DNA of 64,000 nucleotides from an uncultured Chlamydiae bacterium (GTDB lineage Bacteria; Chlamydiota; Chlamydiia; Chlamydiales; SM23-39): assembly GCA_963828125.1 (NCBI GenBank), contig CAWHDP010000002.1, positions 1,504,001 to 1,568,000 on the forward strand, in the 5' to 3' direction. Shown here piece by piece: positions 11,201 through 20,428 of this stretch. The first letter of the stretch is position 1. Every line of letters begins with the position of its first letter. Both the position numbers and the translations under genes were made by a program. The notes below the pieces were generated by a model. That model was not told where the DNA came from, searched no databases, and saw nothing but the letters and a program-made list of their open reading frames with translations.

Positions 11201-12198
11201 AAGGTGTAACCCACGGCCAGCTTCGCCGCGACTTTAGCAATCGGAAAACCGGTCGCTTTAGAGGCCAAAGCAGACGATCTGGAGACTCGGGGGTTCATTT
11301 CGATCACAACCATTCTCCCGTTTTTCGGATCTATTCCGAATTGCACATTCGACCCGCCCGTCTCTACGCCAATCGCTCGTAAAATCGAAAAAGAGGCGTC
11401 CCTCATAGTTTGATATTCTTTATCGGTCAATGTTTGGGCAGGAGCTACTGTGATCGAATCCCCCGTATGAATCCCTAAAGGATCGATATTTTCAATAGAG
11501 CAGACAATGATGCAGTTATCGCTTCGATCCCGCACAACCTCCATTTCGAATTCTTTCCAACCCACCAAAGCCTCATCAAGAAGAATTTCTTGGCCTCGCG
11601 GAGTTTGATGTAAAGCAGCTTTACATAAAGAAAAAAACTCCTCTTCCGTGTGGGCAATCCCGCTCCCGCTTCCCCCTAAAATAAAAGAGGGGCGTACAAT
11701 AATGGGCAGTCCCAAAGCTCCCAAAACCTCCTTCGCCTCTTCGATATTTTTAGCAGATCCCGACTTTGGTAAATCCAACCCTAGAGTCTGAATGGTTTGT
11801 CGAAACAAAGAGCGATCTTCGGCAAGCTCAATGGCCTCAGGCGTTACGCCAAGAAGTTCCACTCCTAGAGCCGCAAGACAGCCGCTTTTTGCCAGCTCGA
11901 GAGCCACATTGAGCGCCGTTTGCCCCCCCATAGTCGGCAAGATCGCGCAAGGTTTTTCTTTTTCAATGACTTTCATCACAAATTCTTTCGTAATCGGCTC
12001 AATGTAGACGACGTCCGCCACCGATAGATCGGTCATGATCGTCGCTGGATTTGAATTGATGAGAACGACCTTGTAGCCCTCTTCGCGCAGCGCAATACAA
12101 GCTTGGGTCCCCGCGTAATCGAATTCGCAAGCCTGCCCGATCACAATCGGACCCGATCCGATGAGAAGGATTTTTTGAATATCAGTTCGCTTTGGCAT
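8218..12198 (-). CDS. carB: Carbamoyl-phosphate synthase large subunit fused to C-terminal ornithine carbamoyltransferase (CarB-ArgF)
   Basis: Residues 1 to ~1025 are CarB (MPKRTDI..., GQACEFDY, two ATP-grasp halves with [10 protein letters not shown] and EVNPRASRT). The last ~300 aa are OTCase ([35 protein letters not shown]). Confidence 0.95.
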   Translation of the reverse strand: MPKRTDIQKILLIGSGPIVIGQACEFDYAGTQACIALREEGYKVVLINSNPATIMTDLSVADVVYIEPITKEFVMKVIEKEKPCAILPTMGGQTALNVALELAKSGCLAALGVELLGVTPEAIELAEDRSLFRQTIQTLGLDLPKSGSAKNIEEAKEVLGALGLPIIVRPSFILGGSGSGIAHTEEEFFSLCKAALHQTPRGQEILLDEALVGWKEFEMEVVRDRSDNCIIVCSIENIDPLGIHTGDSITVAPAQTLTDKEYQTMRDASFSILRAIGVETGGSNVQFGIDPKNGRMVVIEMNPRVSRSSALASKATGFPIAKVAAKLAVGYTLPELSSELTGNQIPASFEPTLDYVVVKIPRFNFEKFKGCEEKLGTQMRSVGEAMAIGRTFQEALLKGMRSMEVGSIPKHRSLDIPGPFRLWAIFDAFREGMSLAQVNDLTQIDPWFLHQIEELVQAEKKIEDKEDLRALKKLGFSDVQIGIFSGCSEEEIRAKRGEWGIVPGFKRIDSCAAEFATSIAYLYSSYEEECEAYPTDLPKMMILGSGPSRIGQGIEFDYSCVHAIQALKEEGYETIIVNCNPETVSTDYDCADKLYCSPLTAEDILAIVDIEKPLGVIVQYGGQTPLNLTGPLVKAGVPLLGMTSEWIEKTEDRASFKQFLNTLGLKQPDNLIVHSLEEGLSAGKQMGYPLIVRPSFVLGGRAMAIVNQEGELESCLLEAFSASAEKPVLIERFLMDATEVDIDAISDGSDVYVPGILEHVEPAGIHSGDSACSLPPFSLSASLQKELLEQTKQIALGLHFVGLLNIQFAIQNNGIYVLEVNPRASRTAPFTSKATGIDLVKIATRCLLGTSLKEQGYVEPPVLPYFAVKEAVFPFSKFDNVDSILGPEMKSTGEVMGLDSDFATSYAKAQIASGYPLPKPGSGALLGCGISIEMARDLLALPLTLYATSPTLEFLQTHGIPCQAFDPDAKDIELIIAIGKGETELRRLAITRRICHATTASAATALLKAFIIRSEHSVQSLNQWIHSTKHLITGEELTSSEIRSLLNLASELKHLRKGGQTALALKGKHLAMLFEKPSLRTRFSFTVAMQELGGTVIESVSGDRKKEEPEDWVRVLAGYCDGIMIRTHSDEDLSRMGKVSSIPIINALSDDHHPCQILADLLTLQETFGSLEGVKVTYIGDGNNILHSLLLMAPMMGVHLHYCCPVGRGPKAEILARAFRRGGSITEHTSPHIAVLDAHAVYTDVWTSMGFENGANEELFAGFQVNEELMALAKPEAIFMHCMPMVRGKEVSETLPDSPQSVIFQQSENRLHVQKALIMALMGGKK

Positions 12199-13282
12199 GT
12201 TCGTTTTCCATTAATCTGACAAATTGGTCGAATAAAACCTGTAATTCATGAGGTCCTGGACTTGCTTCCGGATGTCCCTGAAAGCTAAAGGCCGGTTTGT
12301 CCTTTCTCGCAATGCCAGCCACGCTTTTGTCAAAAAGAGAGCGGTGCGTCACCATCAAACAAGGAGGAACCGTTTTTTCATCGACCGCAAAACCGTGGTT
12401 TTGGCTGCTGATCCATACTTTGCCTGTAGCAATCTCCAAAATCGGATGATTAGCTCCATGATGGCCCTGTTCCATTTTCACCGTTTTTGCCCCGCTAGCG
12501 AGCGCCAGTAGCTGATGCCCTAAACAAATGCCAAATATAGGAATCAGGGACTCAAGGAGAATCCGGATCGTTTGAATCGCACCATAGCAAGCAGCCGGAT
12601 CGCCCGGACCGTTCGATAAAAATATCCCATCCGGCTTGAGCTTTAAGATAGCGTCGGCCGTCGCATTGGGAGGGACGACCGTTAGACGACAGCCCGAGGC
12701 GACGAGTTTTTGCAAAATAGCGTTTTTGATTCCAAAATCAAGGACAACAACGTGAAGAGAAGCATCTTGAACTCCCCATTCGGATAAGAAGTCGGAGGCG
12801 ACTTCCTGGGTCATGTTTTTCCCCTCTAAGCCAGAAAAACCCTTGGCTTGGCGCAAAGCGAAATCGACGTCGACTTTTCCTCCCATAATACAGGCATTTA
12901 AGCTCCCCTTCGTCCTTAAGATATGGGTCAATTTCCGAGTGTCAATCTCCGATAAAGCCACCACATTCTGGTTTTTAAGGAGACTTTGCAAATCGCCCGT
13001 CGCCCGCCAATTGCTAGGCCACTGAGCCAGCTTGCGCATGACGACCCCGCCCGCCCAAATTTGATCCGACTCCCTATCGTCCTCATTGACGCCAACATTC
13101 CCAATATGGGGATAAGTAAAACTGATGATCTGTCCCGCATAGGAAGGATCGGTTAAAATCTCTTGATACCCGGTCATTGCCGTATTGAAGACGAGCTCCC
13201 CGACAAAAACCCCCTCCGCCCCGACCGATTCCCCCCAAAGAAGAGTTCCGTCCTCAAGCGCTAATAATCCGTCCTTTTCCAT
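12182..13282 (-). CDS. carA: Carbamoyl-phosphate synthase small subunit
   Basis: [46 protein letters not shown]. Confidence 0.97.
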   Translation of the reverse strand: MEKDGLLALEDGTLLWGESVGAEGVFVGELVFNTAMTGYQEILTDPSYAGQIISFTYPHIGNVGVNEDDRESDQIWAGGVVMRKLAQWPSNWRATGDLQSLLKNQNVVALSEIDTRKLTHILRTKGSLNACIMGGKVDVDFALRQAKGFSGLEGKNMTQEVASDFLSEWGVQDASLHVVVLDFGIKNAILQKLVASGCRLTVVPPNATADAILKLKPDGIFLSNGPGDPAACYGAIQTIRILLESLIPIFGICLGHQLLALASGAKTVKMEQGHHGANHPILEIATGKVWISSQNHGFAVDEKTVPPCLMVTHRSLFDKSVAGIARKDKPAFSFQGHPEASPGPHELQVLFDQFVRLMENEHAKAN

Positions 13283-13289
13283 CTTTGGC

Positions 13290-13469
13290 TCAAATTCTCG
13301 GATAAGTAAAGCTAACCGCCGGCGGCGAGTAAAAAAAAGCGCTCAAGGGCTCTAACTGACCTACCGGACAGTGATTCAGCACCACCTCTCCTATAGTGAT
13401 TCCTCCGGCTCCTAATGATTCTATCCAAAAAAGCATCCCGTCAGGGGTTATCGATTTTTCGTTTTTCAT
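13290..13469 (-). CDS. 59-aa leader ORF, diverged paralogue of the CarA N-terminus
   Basis: SD AAGGAGAG; MKNEKSITPDGMLFWIESLGAGGITIGEVVLNHCPVGQLEPLSAFFYSPPAVSFTYPRI*; 23/50 gapless identity to CarA residues 11-60. Confidence 0.75.
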   Translation of the reverse strand: MKNEKSITPDGMLFWIESLGAGGITIGEVVLNHCPVGQLEPLSAFFYSPPAVSFTYPRI

Positions 13470-13495
13470 AAACTCTCCTTGTTGTTATGCGATTT

Positions 13496-13525
13496 ATTAT
13501 ACACGGAAATGAATATTTATTCAAC
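13496..13525 (-). promoter_or_regulatory. Sigma66/70 promoter of the car-arg operon overlapped by an ARG box
   Basis: Minus strand TTGAAT (13524-13519), 17 bp, TATAAT (13501-13496). ARG box AATGAATATTTATTCAAC at 13508-13525. Confidence 0.8.
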
Positions 13526-13592
13526 AAATAGATTCGATGTGAACGGCAAGCTCCTTGCTGTTAGCATGTTAAATATAAATATGGTGAGTTTT

Positions 13593-13623
13593 ATTGACTA
13601 AATATTCATTTTAAATATATAAT
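13593..13623 (+). promoter_or_regulatory. argCJBD promoter overlapped by an ARG box
   Basis: TTGACT (13594-13599), 18 bp, TATAAT (13618-13623). ARG box ATTGACTAAATATTCATT at 13593-13610. Confidence 0.75.
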
Positions 13624-13643
13624 GAACGGCAACAACAGAGGAA

Positions 13644-14696
13644 ATGATGATTAAAGTAGGGGTTGCGGGAGCCACTGGATATGTAGGGATTGAATTGATT
13701 CGGATTCTTGCCGGGCATCCCCGAGTTGAGCTTGTCTATGTCGCAACTCAATCCCACATAAATGAGGCGCTGAAGACGGTATACCCGCACCTTCAAAGGA
13801 TCGTCGACATGAACTGCTCTCCGTTGGATGCGGCTGAGATGGCAAACCAGTGCGACGTTGTTTTTACGGCTCTTCCCCATGGGATTGCATTAAGCCTTGC
13901 TGAGCCGATCCTCAAAGCGGGGAAAAAACTCATTGATCTTGGAGCCGATTTTCGGCTGAAAAACCGCGCGCTTTATGAACAGTGGTATGGGAAACCCTCG
14001 GCCTCTTCCGAACAGCTCGAATCTGCCGTCTATGGCCTTCCAGAAATTATATCGCCAAAGATCATCCAAGGATCTGATCTGATTGCAAATCCTGGGTGCT
14101 ACCCCACCTGCATCGCCCTCGGAGCCAGTCCTCCGATCTTTCATAAGATCGTAAAACTAGAGGGGATGATTTTCGATGCTAAATCGGGAGTTTCAGGCTC
14201 TGGGAAAAGCCTTTCTCTCAATTCCCATTTTTGTGAAGTCGCTGAAAATTTTAAAGCCTACGCAATAGCTGGAAGCCATCGCCACACTCCAGAAATCGAA
14301 CAAATTTTAAGCGAGCTCACAAAGACTCCTGTAACGGTCCAATTTACGCCCCATCTCATCCCGATGATCCGGGGACTTTTAGTGACCGGCTATTTCCAGC
14401 TTCAAAAAGAGATCTCTGCAGAGGCCGTTTGGCACATTTATTCACAGTACTATAAGAACAAACCCTTCGTCCGATTATGTCCGCTTGGGACGCTTCCTCA
14501 AACAGCCAATGTCAGAGGGTCTAATTACTGCGATATCGGCCTTGCGCTCGATCTCCGGACGAACACCTTGATTGTCGTCAGCGTGATTGACAATCTTGTC
14601 AAAGGGGCCGCAGGGCAAGCGGTCCAAAATATGAATATCTTGTTTGAACTGCCGGAAACGATGGGGCTCAATCAGCTATGTCCAACTTATCCATGA
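13644..14696 (+). CDS. argC: N-acetyl-gamma-glutamyl-phosphate reductase
   Basis: GATGYVG, IANPGCYPT, HRHTPEI, DNLVKGAAGQAVQN. Confidence 0.97.
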   Translation: MMIKVGVAGATGYVGIELIRILAGHPRVELVYVATQSHINEALKTVYPHLQRIVDMNCSPLDAAEMANQCDVVFTALPHGIALSLAEPILKAGKKLIDLGADFRLKNRALYEQWYGKPSASSEQLESAVYGLPEIISPKIIQGSDLIANPGCYPTCIALGASPPIFHKIVKLEGMIFDAKSGVSGSGKSLSLNSHFCEVAENFKAYAIAGSHRHTPEIEQILSELTKTPVTVQFTPHLIPMIRGLLVTGYFQLQKEISAEAVWHIYSQYYKNKPFVRLCPLGTLPQTANVRGSNYCDIGLALDLRTNTLIVVSVIDNLVKGAAGQAVQNMNILFELPETMGLNQLCPTYP

Positions 14697-15907
14697 AGAA
14701 AAAACATATTGAAGGAGGCATTTCAGCCCCTCTTGGCTTTATGGCCTCCGGGGTGCCCGCAGACTTAAGGGGAAAGGGGGACGTCAAAAAAGACGTCGCC
14801 CTCATTTTCAGCGAAGTCCCTGCCGTAGCTGCCGGCGTCTTTACGAAAAATTCTGTCAAAGCGGCGCCTATTTTGGTGACCCAAGAAGCGATCCAGCAAG
14901 GGCTCTTGCAAGCGATTGTCATCAATAGCCGCAATGCGAACGCCTGCACAGGCCGGCAAGGGATCACAGATGCAAAAGAGATGTGCAAGCTCGCAGCTGA
15001 CGCGTTGCAGATCGATCCGGGACAGGTGGCCGTCAGCAGCACCGGCGTCATTGGGGTTCCCCTCCCGATGACCCGGCTCGCTCCAGGGATTCTGGCCGCC
15101 GCCGCGCATCTGGATAAAAAGGGAAATTCCGATGCAGCGGTTGCGATCATGACTACCGATACCTATCCGAAAGAGCTCGCCCTTCAATTGGAATTGGGGG
15201 GAGCTAGAGTCACGATCGGAGGCGTGGCCAAAGGTTCCGGCATGGTACATCCCGATATGGCGACGATTCTAGGTTTTATCACGACCGACGCGAACATTTC
15301 TCTCAATGCGCTTAAAATGGCTCTAAAACAAGGGAGCGACGACTCCTTTAACATGATCAGCGTCGATGGAGATACGTCGACAAACGACATGGTTCTCGCC
15401 ATGGCCAATGGGCTGGCGGGCAATCCTCAAATCGAGATCGGAACCCCTATTTTTGAAGAATTTTGCGAGGCATTGAAATATGTCCTCATTTTTCTAGCCA
15501 AAGAGGTCGCCCGCGACGGAGAGGGGGCCACTAAGCTTCTAGAAGTGTGCGTACAAGGAGCGAGCTGCGTCGAAGAGGCGAGACTTGCGGCTAGATCCGT
15601 TTGCAGCTCTCTTCTCGTCAAGACAGCTATTTTTGGAAAAGACGCCAATTGGGGACGGATCCTTTGCGCTCTCGGTTATTCAGGAGCCTCTTTTGATCCA
15701 AATCAGGCAGATCTTTATATCGGCAACGTGCAAGTGATGGGGAAAGGGGCGCCCCTTCTTTTTGATGAGGCGGCAGCCTTAGACATCCTCTCCGAATCCC
15801 ACGTATTGGTGACGGCCCATCTCCATGCAGGCAACGCCTCGGCCACAAGTTGGGGATGCGATCTTTCCTACGATTATGTAAAGATCAATGGAGCCTATCG
15901 AACATGA
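14693..15907 (+). CDS. argJ: Glutamate N-acetyltransferase / ornithine acetyltransferase
   Basis: NANACTG, IMTTDT, KGSGMVHPDMATILGF, DGDTSTND, ARDGEGATK; ATGA overlap with argC. Confidence 0.97.
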   Translation: MKKKHIEGGISAPLGFMASGVPADLRGKGDVKKDVALIFSEVPAVAAGVFTKNSVKAAPILVTQEAIQQGLLQAIVINSRNANACTGRQGITDAKEMCKLAADALQIDPGQVAVSSTGVIGVPLPMTRLAPGILAAAAHLDKKGNSDAAVAIMTTDTYPKELALQLELGGARVTIGGVAKGSGMVHPDMATILGFITTDANISLNALKMALKQGSDDSFNMISVDGDTSTNDMVLAMANGLAGNPQIEIGTPIFEEFCEALKYVLIFLAKEVARDGEGATKLLEVCVQGASCVEEARLAARSVCSSLLVKTAIFGKDANWGRILCALGYSGASFDPNQADLYIGNVQVMGKGAPLLFDEAAALDILSESHVLVTAHLHAGNASATSWGCDLSYDYVKINGAYRT

Positions 15908-16695
15908 GACCGAAAATCGTTGTGATCAAATACGGGGGCGCTGCCATGCAAACTCCGGCCCTTATTCAAACAACGCTCCAAGACGTCGTCCGCCTCAAGA
16001 GGTTGGGAATACAGCCCGTTCTGGTTCATGGAGGCGGACCGGAAATATCAAAGATGTGTCAACAAATGGGGATCGTTCCCGCTTTTGTCAATGGGCTGCG
16101 GGTTACGGATAGAGAAACCCTTGAAATCGCGCAAATGGTGCTTGTCGGAAAAATCAATAAAGAACTTGTCTCCCTACTCAACCAAGAAGAAGGGAGGGCA
16201 GTCGGTCTCTCCGGACAAGACGCCAACTTGATCTTGGCCAAACAAGCGGATAAGAACCTTGGATTCGTAGGAGAAATTGAGCAGGTGAACCCCGAGATTC
16301 TCATCCTGCTCATTGAAGCGGGATTCATCCCCGTGATTGCCCCAATGGCAACGTCCAAAAGATCTCAAAGCTACAATATCAATGCCGATAGCGCGGCGAG
16401 CGAGATCGGAGCCGCTCTTCAAGCAGATTCTCTCATTCTGCTCACCGATGTAGAAGGAGTTTTGAAAGACCCTAAAGACCCCAGCACAAAGATCGATATA
16501 ATAAAAACCTCTGAATGGGGCGCCGTAGTCGAAAGCGGCAGCTTGAAAGGGGGAATGATCCCCAAAATAGAGGGGGCCTTAGCCGCGATTCAGAGAGGTG
16601 TGAATCAGGTGCATATTTTGGATGGAAGGGTTCCGAACGTCCTTCTCCTCCATTTTCAGGATCGGGAAACAAAAGGGACAAGCATCTATGTTTAA
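15904..16695 (+). CDS. argB: Acetylglutamate kinase
   Basis: VIKYGGAAM, VHGGGPEI, YNINAD, GGMIPK. Confidence 0.96.
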   Translation: MRPKIVVIKYGGAAMQTPALIQTTLQDVVRLKRLGIQPVLVHGGGPEISKMCQQMGIVPAFVNGLRVTDRETLEIAQMVLVGKINKELVSLLNQEEGRAVGLSGQDANLILAKQADKNLGFVGEIEQVNPEILILLIEAGFIPVIAPMATSKRSQSYNINADSAASEIGAALQADSLILLTDVEGVLKDPKDPSTKIDIIKTSEWGAVVESGSLKGGMIPKIEGALAAIQRGVNQVHILDGRVPNVLLLHFQDRETKGTSIYV

Positions 16696-17887
16696 ATCCA
16701 AAACCGAAGAAATTGTGGCGCTCGACAAAAAGTATCTCATGAACACGTACAACCGATATCCGATCGCGATCGTGAAGGGGGATGGAATGGAGGTTTATGA
16801 CGCCGATGGGAAAAAATATCTCGATTTTCTTGGAGGAATTGCCGTAAACGTTTTAGGTCACTGCCACCCCAAAGTAGTCGATGCGATTATTGCGCAAGTC
16901 AAAGAATTGATTCATACATCGAATCTCTACTACACAAAGCCCGCTGCGGAATTGGCCGAATTACTCTCTTTAAACGGAGGGTTGGATAAAATCTTTTTCT
17001 GCAATTCAGGAGCCGAGGCCAATGAAGGCGCCATCAAACTGAGCCGCAAATACCAATGGAGAAAAGGGCGCCGGGAAAAATATAAAATCATTACAGCAAC
17101 CCATTCTTTTCACGGACGGACCCTCGCAGCTCTTGCAGCGACCCATAAACCCGAAATTCAAGAGGGTTTCGGTCCATTGCCCGATGGATTTCAAGCGGTC
17201 CCTTGGAACGACACTCAAAAATTCCTCGAGAGTATCGATGAGACAACCGCAGCCGTTTTAATCGAACCCATTCAAGGAGAAGGAGGGATCCACTCTGCCA
17301 CACGAGACTTTTTAGAAAAAATTCGGGCCGCATGCGATCGGGTAGGAGCCCTTCTGATCTTTGATGAAATTCAATGCGGCATGGGCCGCTCGGGAACCCT
17401 CTTTGCTTATGAAAATTTTGCCGTTAAGCCTGACGTCATTACTTTGGCTAAAGGGATTGCCAGCGGACTTCCCCTGGGCGCTATTTGCGCAACGAATGGA
17501 GCCGCTGAAGCGTTTCATCCAGGAGATCACGGGACGACATTCGGCGCAAATCCGGTCGCCGCGGCGGCCGCTCTAGCCACTTTAAAAGTTCTCATTGAAG
17601 AGAACTACCTTCCAAAGGTGGCTAAAATGGGCGCTCTTCTCATGGAAAAACTCCACGAACTCCAAATAAAATATCCGCAAGCCATCGCCGAAGTTCGGGG
17701 GCTCGGACTCATGATCGGGATAGAGCTCAAAATAGATCCGAAAATAGTGCTGCAAAAATGCCACGCTAGAGGGCTCCTTGCCAATGTGACAGCAGGAAAC
17801 GTCCTCCGCCTTCTTCCCGCCTACACAATTACTGCAAAAGAGATCGGCCAGGCCGTTTCCATTATCGAAAGCGCTATTGTTGGATAA
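16688..17887 (+). CDS. argD: Acetylornithine aminotransferase
   Basis: FCNSGAEANE, SFHGRT, FDEIQCGMGR, LAKG; arg operon context. Confidence 0.93.
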   Translation: MFKSKTEEIVALDKKYLMNTYNRYPIAIVKGDGMEVYDADGKKYLDFLGGIAVNVLGHCHPKVVDAIIAQVKELIHTSNLYYTKPAAELAELLSLNGGLDKIFFCNSGAEANEGAIKLSRKYQWRKGRREKYKIITATHSFHGRTLAALAATHKPEIQEGFGPLPDGFQAVPWNDTQKFLESIDETTAAVLIEPIQGEGGIHSATRDFLEKIRAACDRVGALLIFDEIQCGMGRSGTLFAYENFAVKPDVITLAKGIASGLPLGAICATNGAAEAFHPGDHGTTFGANPVAAAAALATLKVLIEENYLPKVAKMGALLMEKLHELQIKYPQAIAEVRGLGLMIGIELKIDPKIVLQKCHARGLLANVTAGNVLRLLPAYTITAKEIGQAVSIIESAIVG

Positions 17888-17891
17888 CCCC

Positions 17892-18641
17892 TTAAGGAGC
17901 ATTCGGATACAGAACATAGATAATTTGCTGAACCTGTTCCGGGGCTACAATAATCGTCTGAAGCTGCAATCCCTGCGGTTGGTACTGAATTTGCAGTAAA
18001 CTATTGTTTACCGAAATGCTGAGGACGTTTTTGAGCAGCCCGTTTGTGATGGGCGGAGAAAAGGGGCCGTTTAGCGTCGTCTGAATCCAAACTTGGCTCA
18101 GCCCAGACTGGAATGTTTTTGAGCTAAGCGACGTCACCGCCGACACAATATCGACTGCCCGTTGTTTGGGATCCACTGAATAAAACGGGATCGTCCCACT
18201 CGGATAAGTCGAAGTAAAAGGGGCCGTTGAGGAGGGGAGATTATATTTTTGCGGAAAATAGAGAAATGCGATCACATCTTCGACTGGCAATACGAGATAC
18301 TGGGTGATCGTTTGGGACTGCGGAGGAAGATAGGAGATGATTAAAAGGGTGTTGTAGGGCGTCTCATTGATCGCTTGAATGTAAGGGATGATTCCATTGA
18401 TCAAATATCTATAAGAAGCGTAGGGCAAGGTCGCCAACTTGGTCTGCAGAGCCACTTCAGGGACTTGAATGCCGGAGGCGTGGACAAGCGTATTGAACGT
18501 ATTGTAAATTTCCGTCCCCCGATTCGCTGAGTCAATGGGAAATACAACCGGCTGGCCTGTCAGAGCCATCACGACAACAGCGCTTGAGGCGGCCGAAAAT
18601 AGAGGAATACGCAAAAGCAAAAGGAGCCAACGGCAAATCAT
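17892..18641 (-). CDS. Hypothetical exported protein with two similar ~105-aa domains
   Basis: Signal-peptide-like N-terminus and a visible internal duplication. Confidence 0.75.
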   Translation of the reverse strand: MICRWLLLLLRIPLFSAASSAVVVMALTGQPVVFPIDSANRGTEIYNTFNTLVHASGIQVPEVALQTKLATLPYASYRYLINGIIPYIQAINETPYNTLLIISYLPPQSQTITQYLVLPVEDVIAFLYFPQKYNLPSSTAPFTSTYPSGTIPFYSVDPKQRAVDIVSAVTSLSSKTFQSGLSQVWIQTTLNGPFSPPITNGLLKNVLSISVNNSLLQIQYQPQGLQLQTIIVAPEQVQQIIYVLYPNAP

Positions 18642-18656
18642 GACGGAGATGGTACA

Positions 18657-19487
18657 TTAAAAATTATTTATATTGCAATATCCAGCGAGGAACTCTGCCA
18701 CTTCTTGAAAGGGTTTGGTCCAAAGCCCCAATTCTTTCAGCAAAGCGATAAAAGCCCCGATCTCTTCTTCAAAAAGACGGAGAGCCTCCTCTCTGCCTAA
18801 AACAGCCGCAATGTTGACAGAGGTCGGATCTGCCGCAAAGTCCAGTAGATCGTCAGCGATTTGAAAGGCCATCCCCAAATGGAGAGCGCAAGCCTTAACT
18901 AAAGAAAGCTTTGCAGGATCCCCGCCGCCAAAGAGCCAACCAAAGACGAACGAAATCTCAAACAGGGTGACTGTTTTTTGATAGATGATTTTTTTGATCG
19001 TCTCAAGTTTCGAATCGGGCGGATAAAGGTCGAGAAACTGCCCATTTGTGGCTCCGTTGATCCCGGCGCAGCGGGTGGCCGCCTGAAGGCATAGTTTCAA
19101 GGATTCGGGGCTCTTGCCGCCGTTTTTCGCCACCCCCCCATATCCTTCTGCAATCAGCGCATAGCTGGCCAAAATCGCAACGCTTTCACCAAATTCTTTA
19201 TGGACCGAAGGGCAATTTCTCCTCAGGGCGTCGTTGTCCATGCAAGGGAGATCGTCTGCAATTAAAGAGGCAGTATGGAAAAATTCGACGGCCAGCGCAG
19301 CGGGCATTACATCCTCCCCGCAACCTAATGCATCGGCGATCAGGAGCACTAAAATCGGCCGGAGCCGTTTCCCTCCGTTCAATAAAGCGTATTCACAGGC
19401 GTCGCGGAGTCGATTTTTTTCTCCCATCTCTTCGATAAACGCCCTGAGACGATTCTCTATTTGGGTGCGGAAGATTTCGATTGCCAT
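18657..19487 (-). CDS. ispA: Geranyltranstransferase / polyprenyl synthetase
   Basis: GGKRLRP, DDLPCMD, FQIADD. Confidence 0.92.
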   Translation of the reverse strand: MAIEIFRTQIENRLRAFIEEMGEKNRLRDACEYALLNGGKRLRPILVLLIADALGCGEDVMPAALAVEFFHTASLIADDLPCMDNDALRRNCPSVHKEFGESVAILASYALIAEGYGGVAKNGGKSPESLKLCLQAATRCAGINGATNGQFLDLYPPDSKLETIKKIIYQKTVTLFEISFVFGWLFGGGDPAKLSLVKACALHLGMAFQIADDLLDFAADPTSVNIAAVLGREEALRLFEEEIGAFIALLKELGLWTKPFQEVAEFLAGYCNINNF

Positions 19488-20167
19488 AGCAGTTTCTCTA
19501 ATAAATTTTGTTTGATCGGATGGAGGCCCCTTGCATCTATCTGACTCCGAGGGGGAATCACCCCTTTTACATTCACCAGCGGGTAGCAAAATGACTCCCT
19601 GCCGATCAATGTGCCTGGATTGAGGACCGAGTTGCATCCGATTTGCACCTGATCGCCGATAATTGCCCCAAATTTTTTTAGACCTGTCTTGACCCCATGA
19701 ATCGATATTTCGCGCCGATCGAGCCGGAGATTCGCGCATTTAACGCCCGCCCCCAAATTGACCGCATGGCCTAATATCGAATTGCCGACATAGACGAAAT
19801 GGGCAACAACAGCCCCGTCGAATAGAACCGAATGTTTTAATTCAGCCGCGTGGCCGATGTGGCAATCGTCGCCCAAGATCACAGGCCCACGGAGATACGC
19901 CCCATGCCGAATAGAACATTTTTTGCCGATGATGCAAGGGCCACGGATCAGAACGCCCGGCTCGAGTACGGTTCCCTCGCCAATTGAAATGAATTCTCTC
20001 CGATCGAGATAAACTCCCTCTGGGATCTCAATTTCAATGAGGCCTTTGTCCTTTTTATTCAGATACTCCTCCAAATGAAGGAGCGCCGACCAGATAGGCT
20101 CCCCCTCTTTCCAGAGGGAACGGTGTTCAAAGCAGTCCAATGAAAAGAAGGGATCCAGATCCAACAT
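19457..20167 (-). CDS. glmU: GlmU-like hexapeptide-repeat acetyltransferase (chlamydial short form)
   Basis: Left-handed beta-helix repeats, HFVYVGNSILG, NLGAG, KFGAIIGD; overlaps ispA as in other chlamydiae. Confidence 0.8.
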   Translation of the reverse strand: MLDLDPFFSLDCFEHRSLWKEGEPIWSALLHLEEYLNKKDKGLIEIEIPEGVYLDRREFISIGEGTVLEPGVLIRGPCIIGKKCSIRHGAYLRGPVILGDDCHIGHAAELKHSVLFDGAVVAHFVYVGNSILGHAVNLGAGVKCANLRLDRREISIHGVKTGLKKFGAIIGDQVQIGCNSVLNPGTLIGRESFCYPLVNVKGVIPPRSQIDARGLHPIKQNLLEKLLWQSKSSAPK

Positions 20168-20199
20168 GCTCGCCAGTATAGCTTGAAACACCCACAACC

Positions 20200-20396
20200 G
20201 GATAGGAATATTTATATCTATATATAGAAAGATCCTCCTCTTCTGTCCTTGTGGAAATGTTGATGGGTCACGGGAATTCAATAGGAGAGAAAAACCGTTC
20301 ATAACCTGTCGGCAATTTGTTCAAAACAGGGGGGTTTTAAACACTCGCCCCACTTGTCGACAATCTGTGAACATCTTTTGAACAAGTTATGAACGT
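20200..20396. other. Candidate replication origin (AT-rich tract plus degenerate DnaA-box-like 9-mers)
   Basis: 9-mers at 20355, 20366, 20377 and 20388 (11-bp period), with more at 20250, 20307 and 20317; AT tract at 20207-20230. Confidence 0.45.
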
Positions 20397-20428
20397 AAAA
20401 GTTCAGTCCCCTTCGAGGACTGAACTGG
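20397..20428 (+). repeat. REP-like hairpin, family B
   Basis: AAAAGTTCAGTCCCCTTCGAGGACTGAACTGG; inverted near-copy at 25769-25799. Confidence 0.8.

Noticed and set aside
13290..13469. Classical Arg-codon-rich attenuator or T-box upstream of carA
   Set aside because: Only one Arg codon and no convincing terminator/antiterminator pair or T-box motif; reported instead as a CarA-derived leader ORF.
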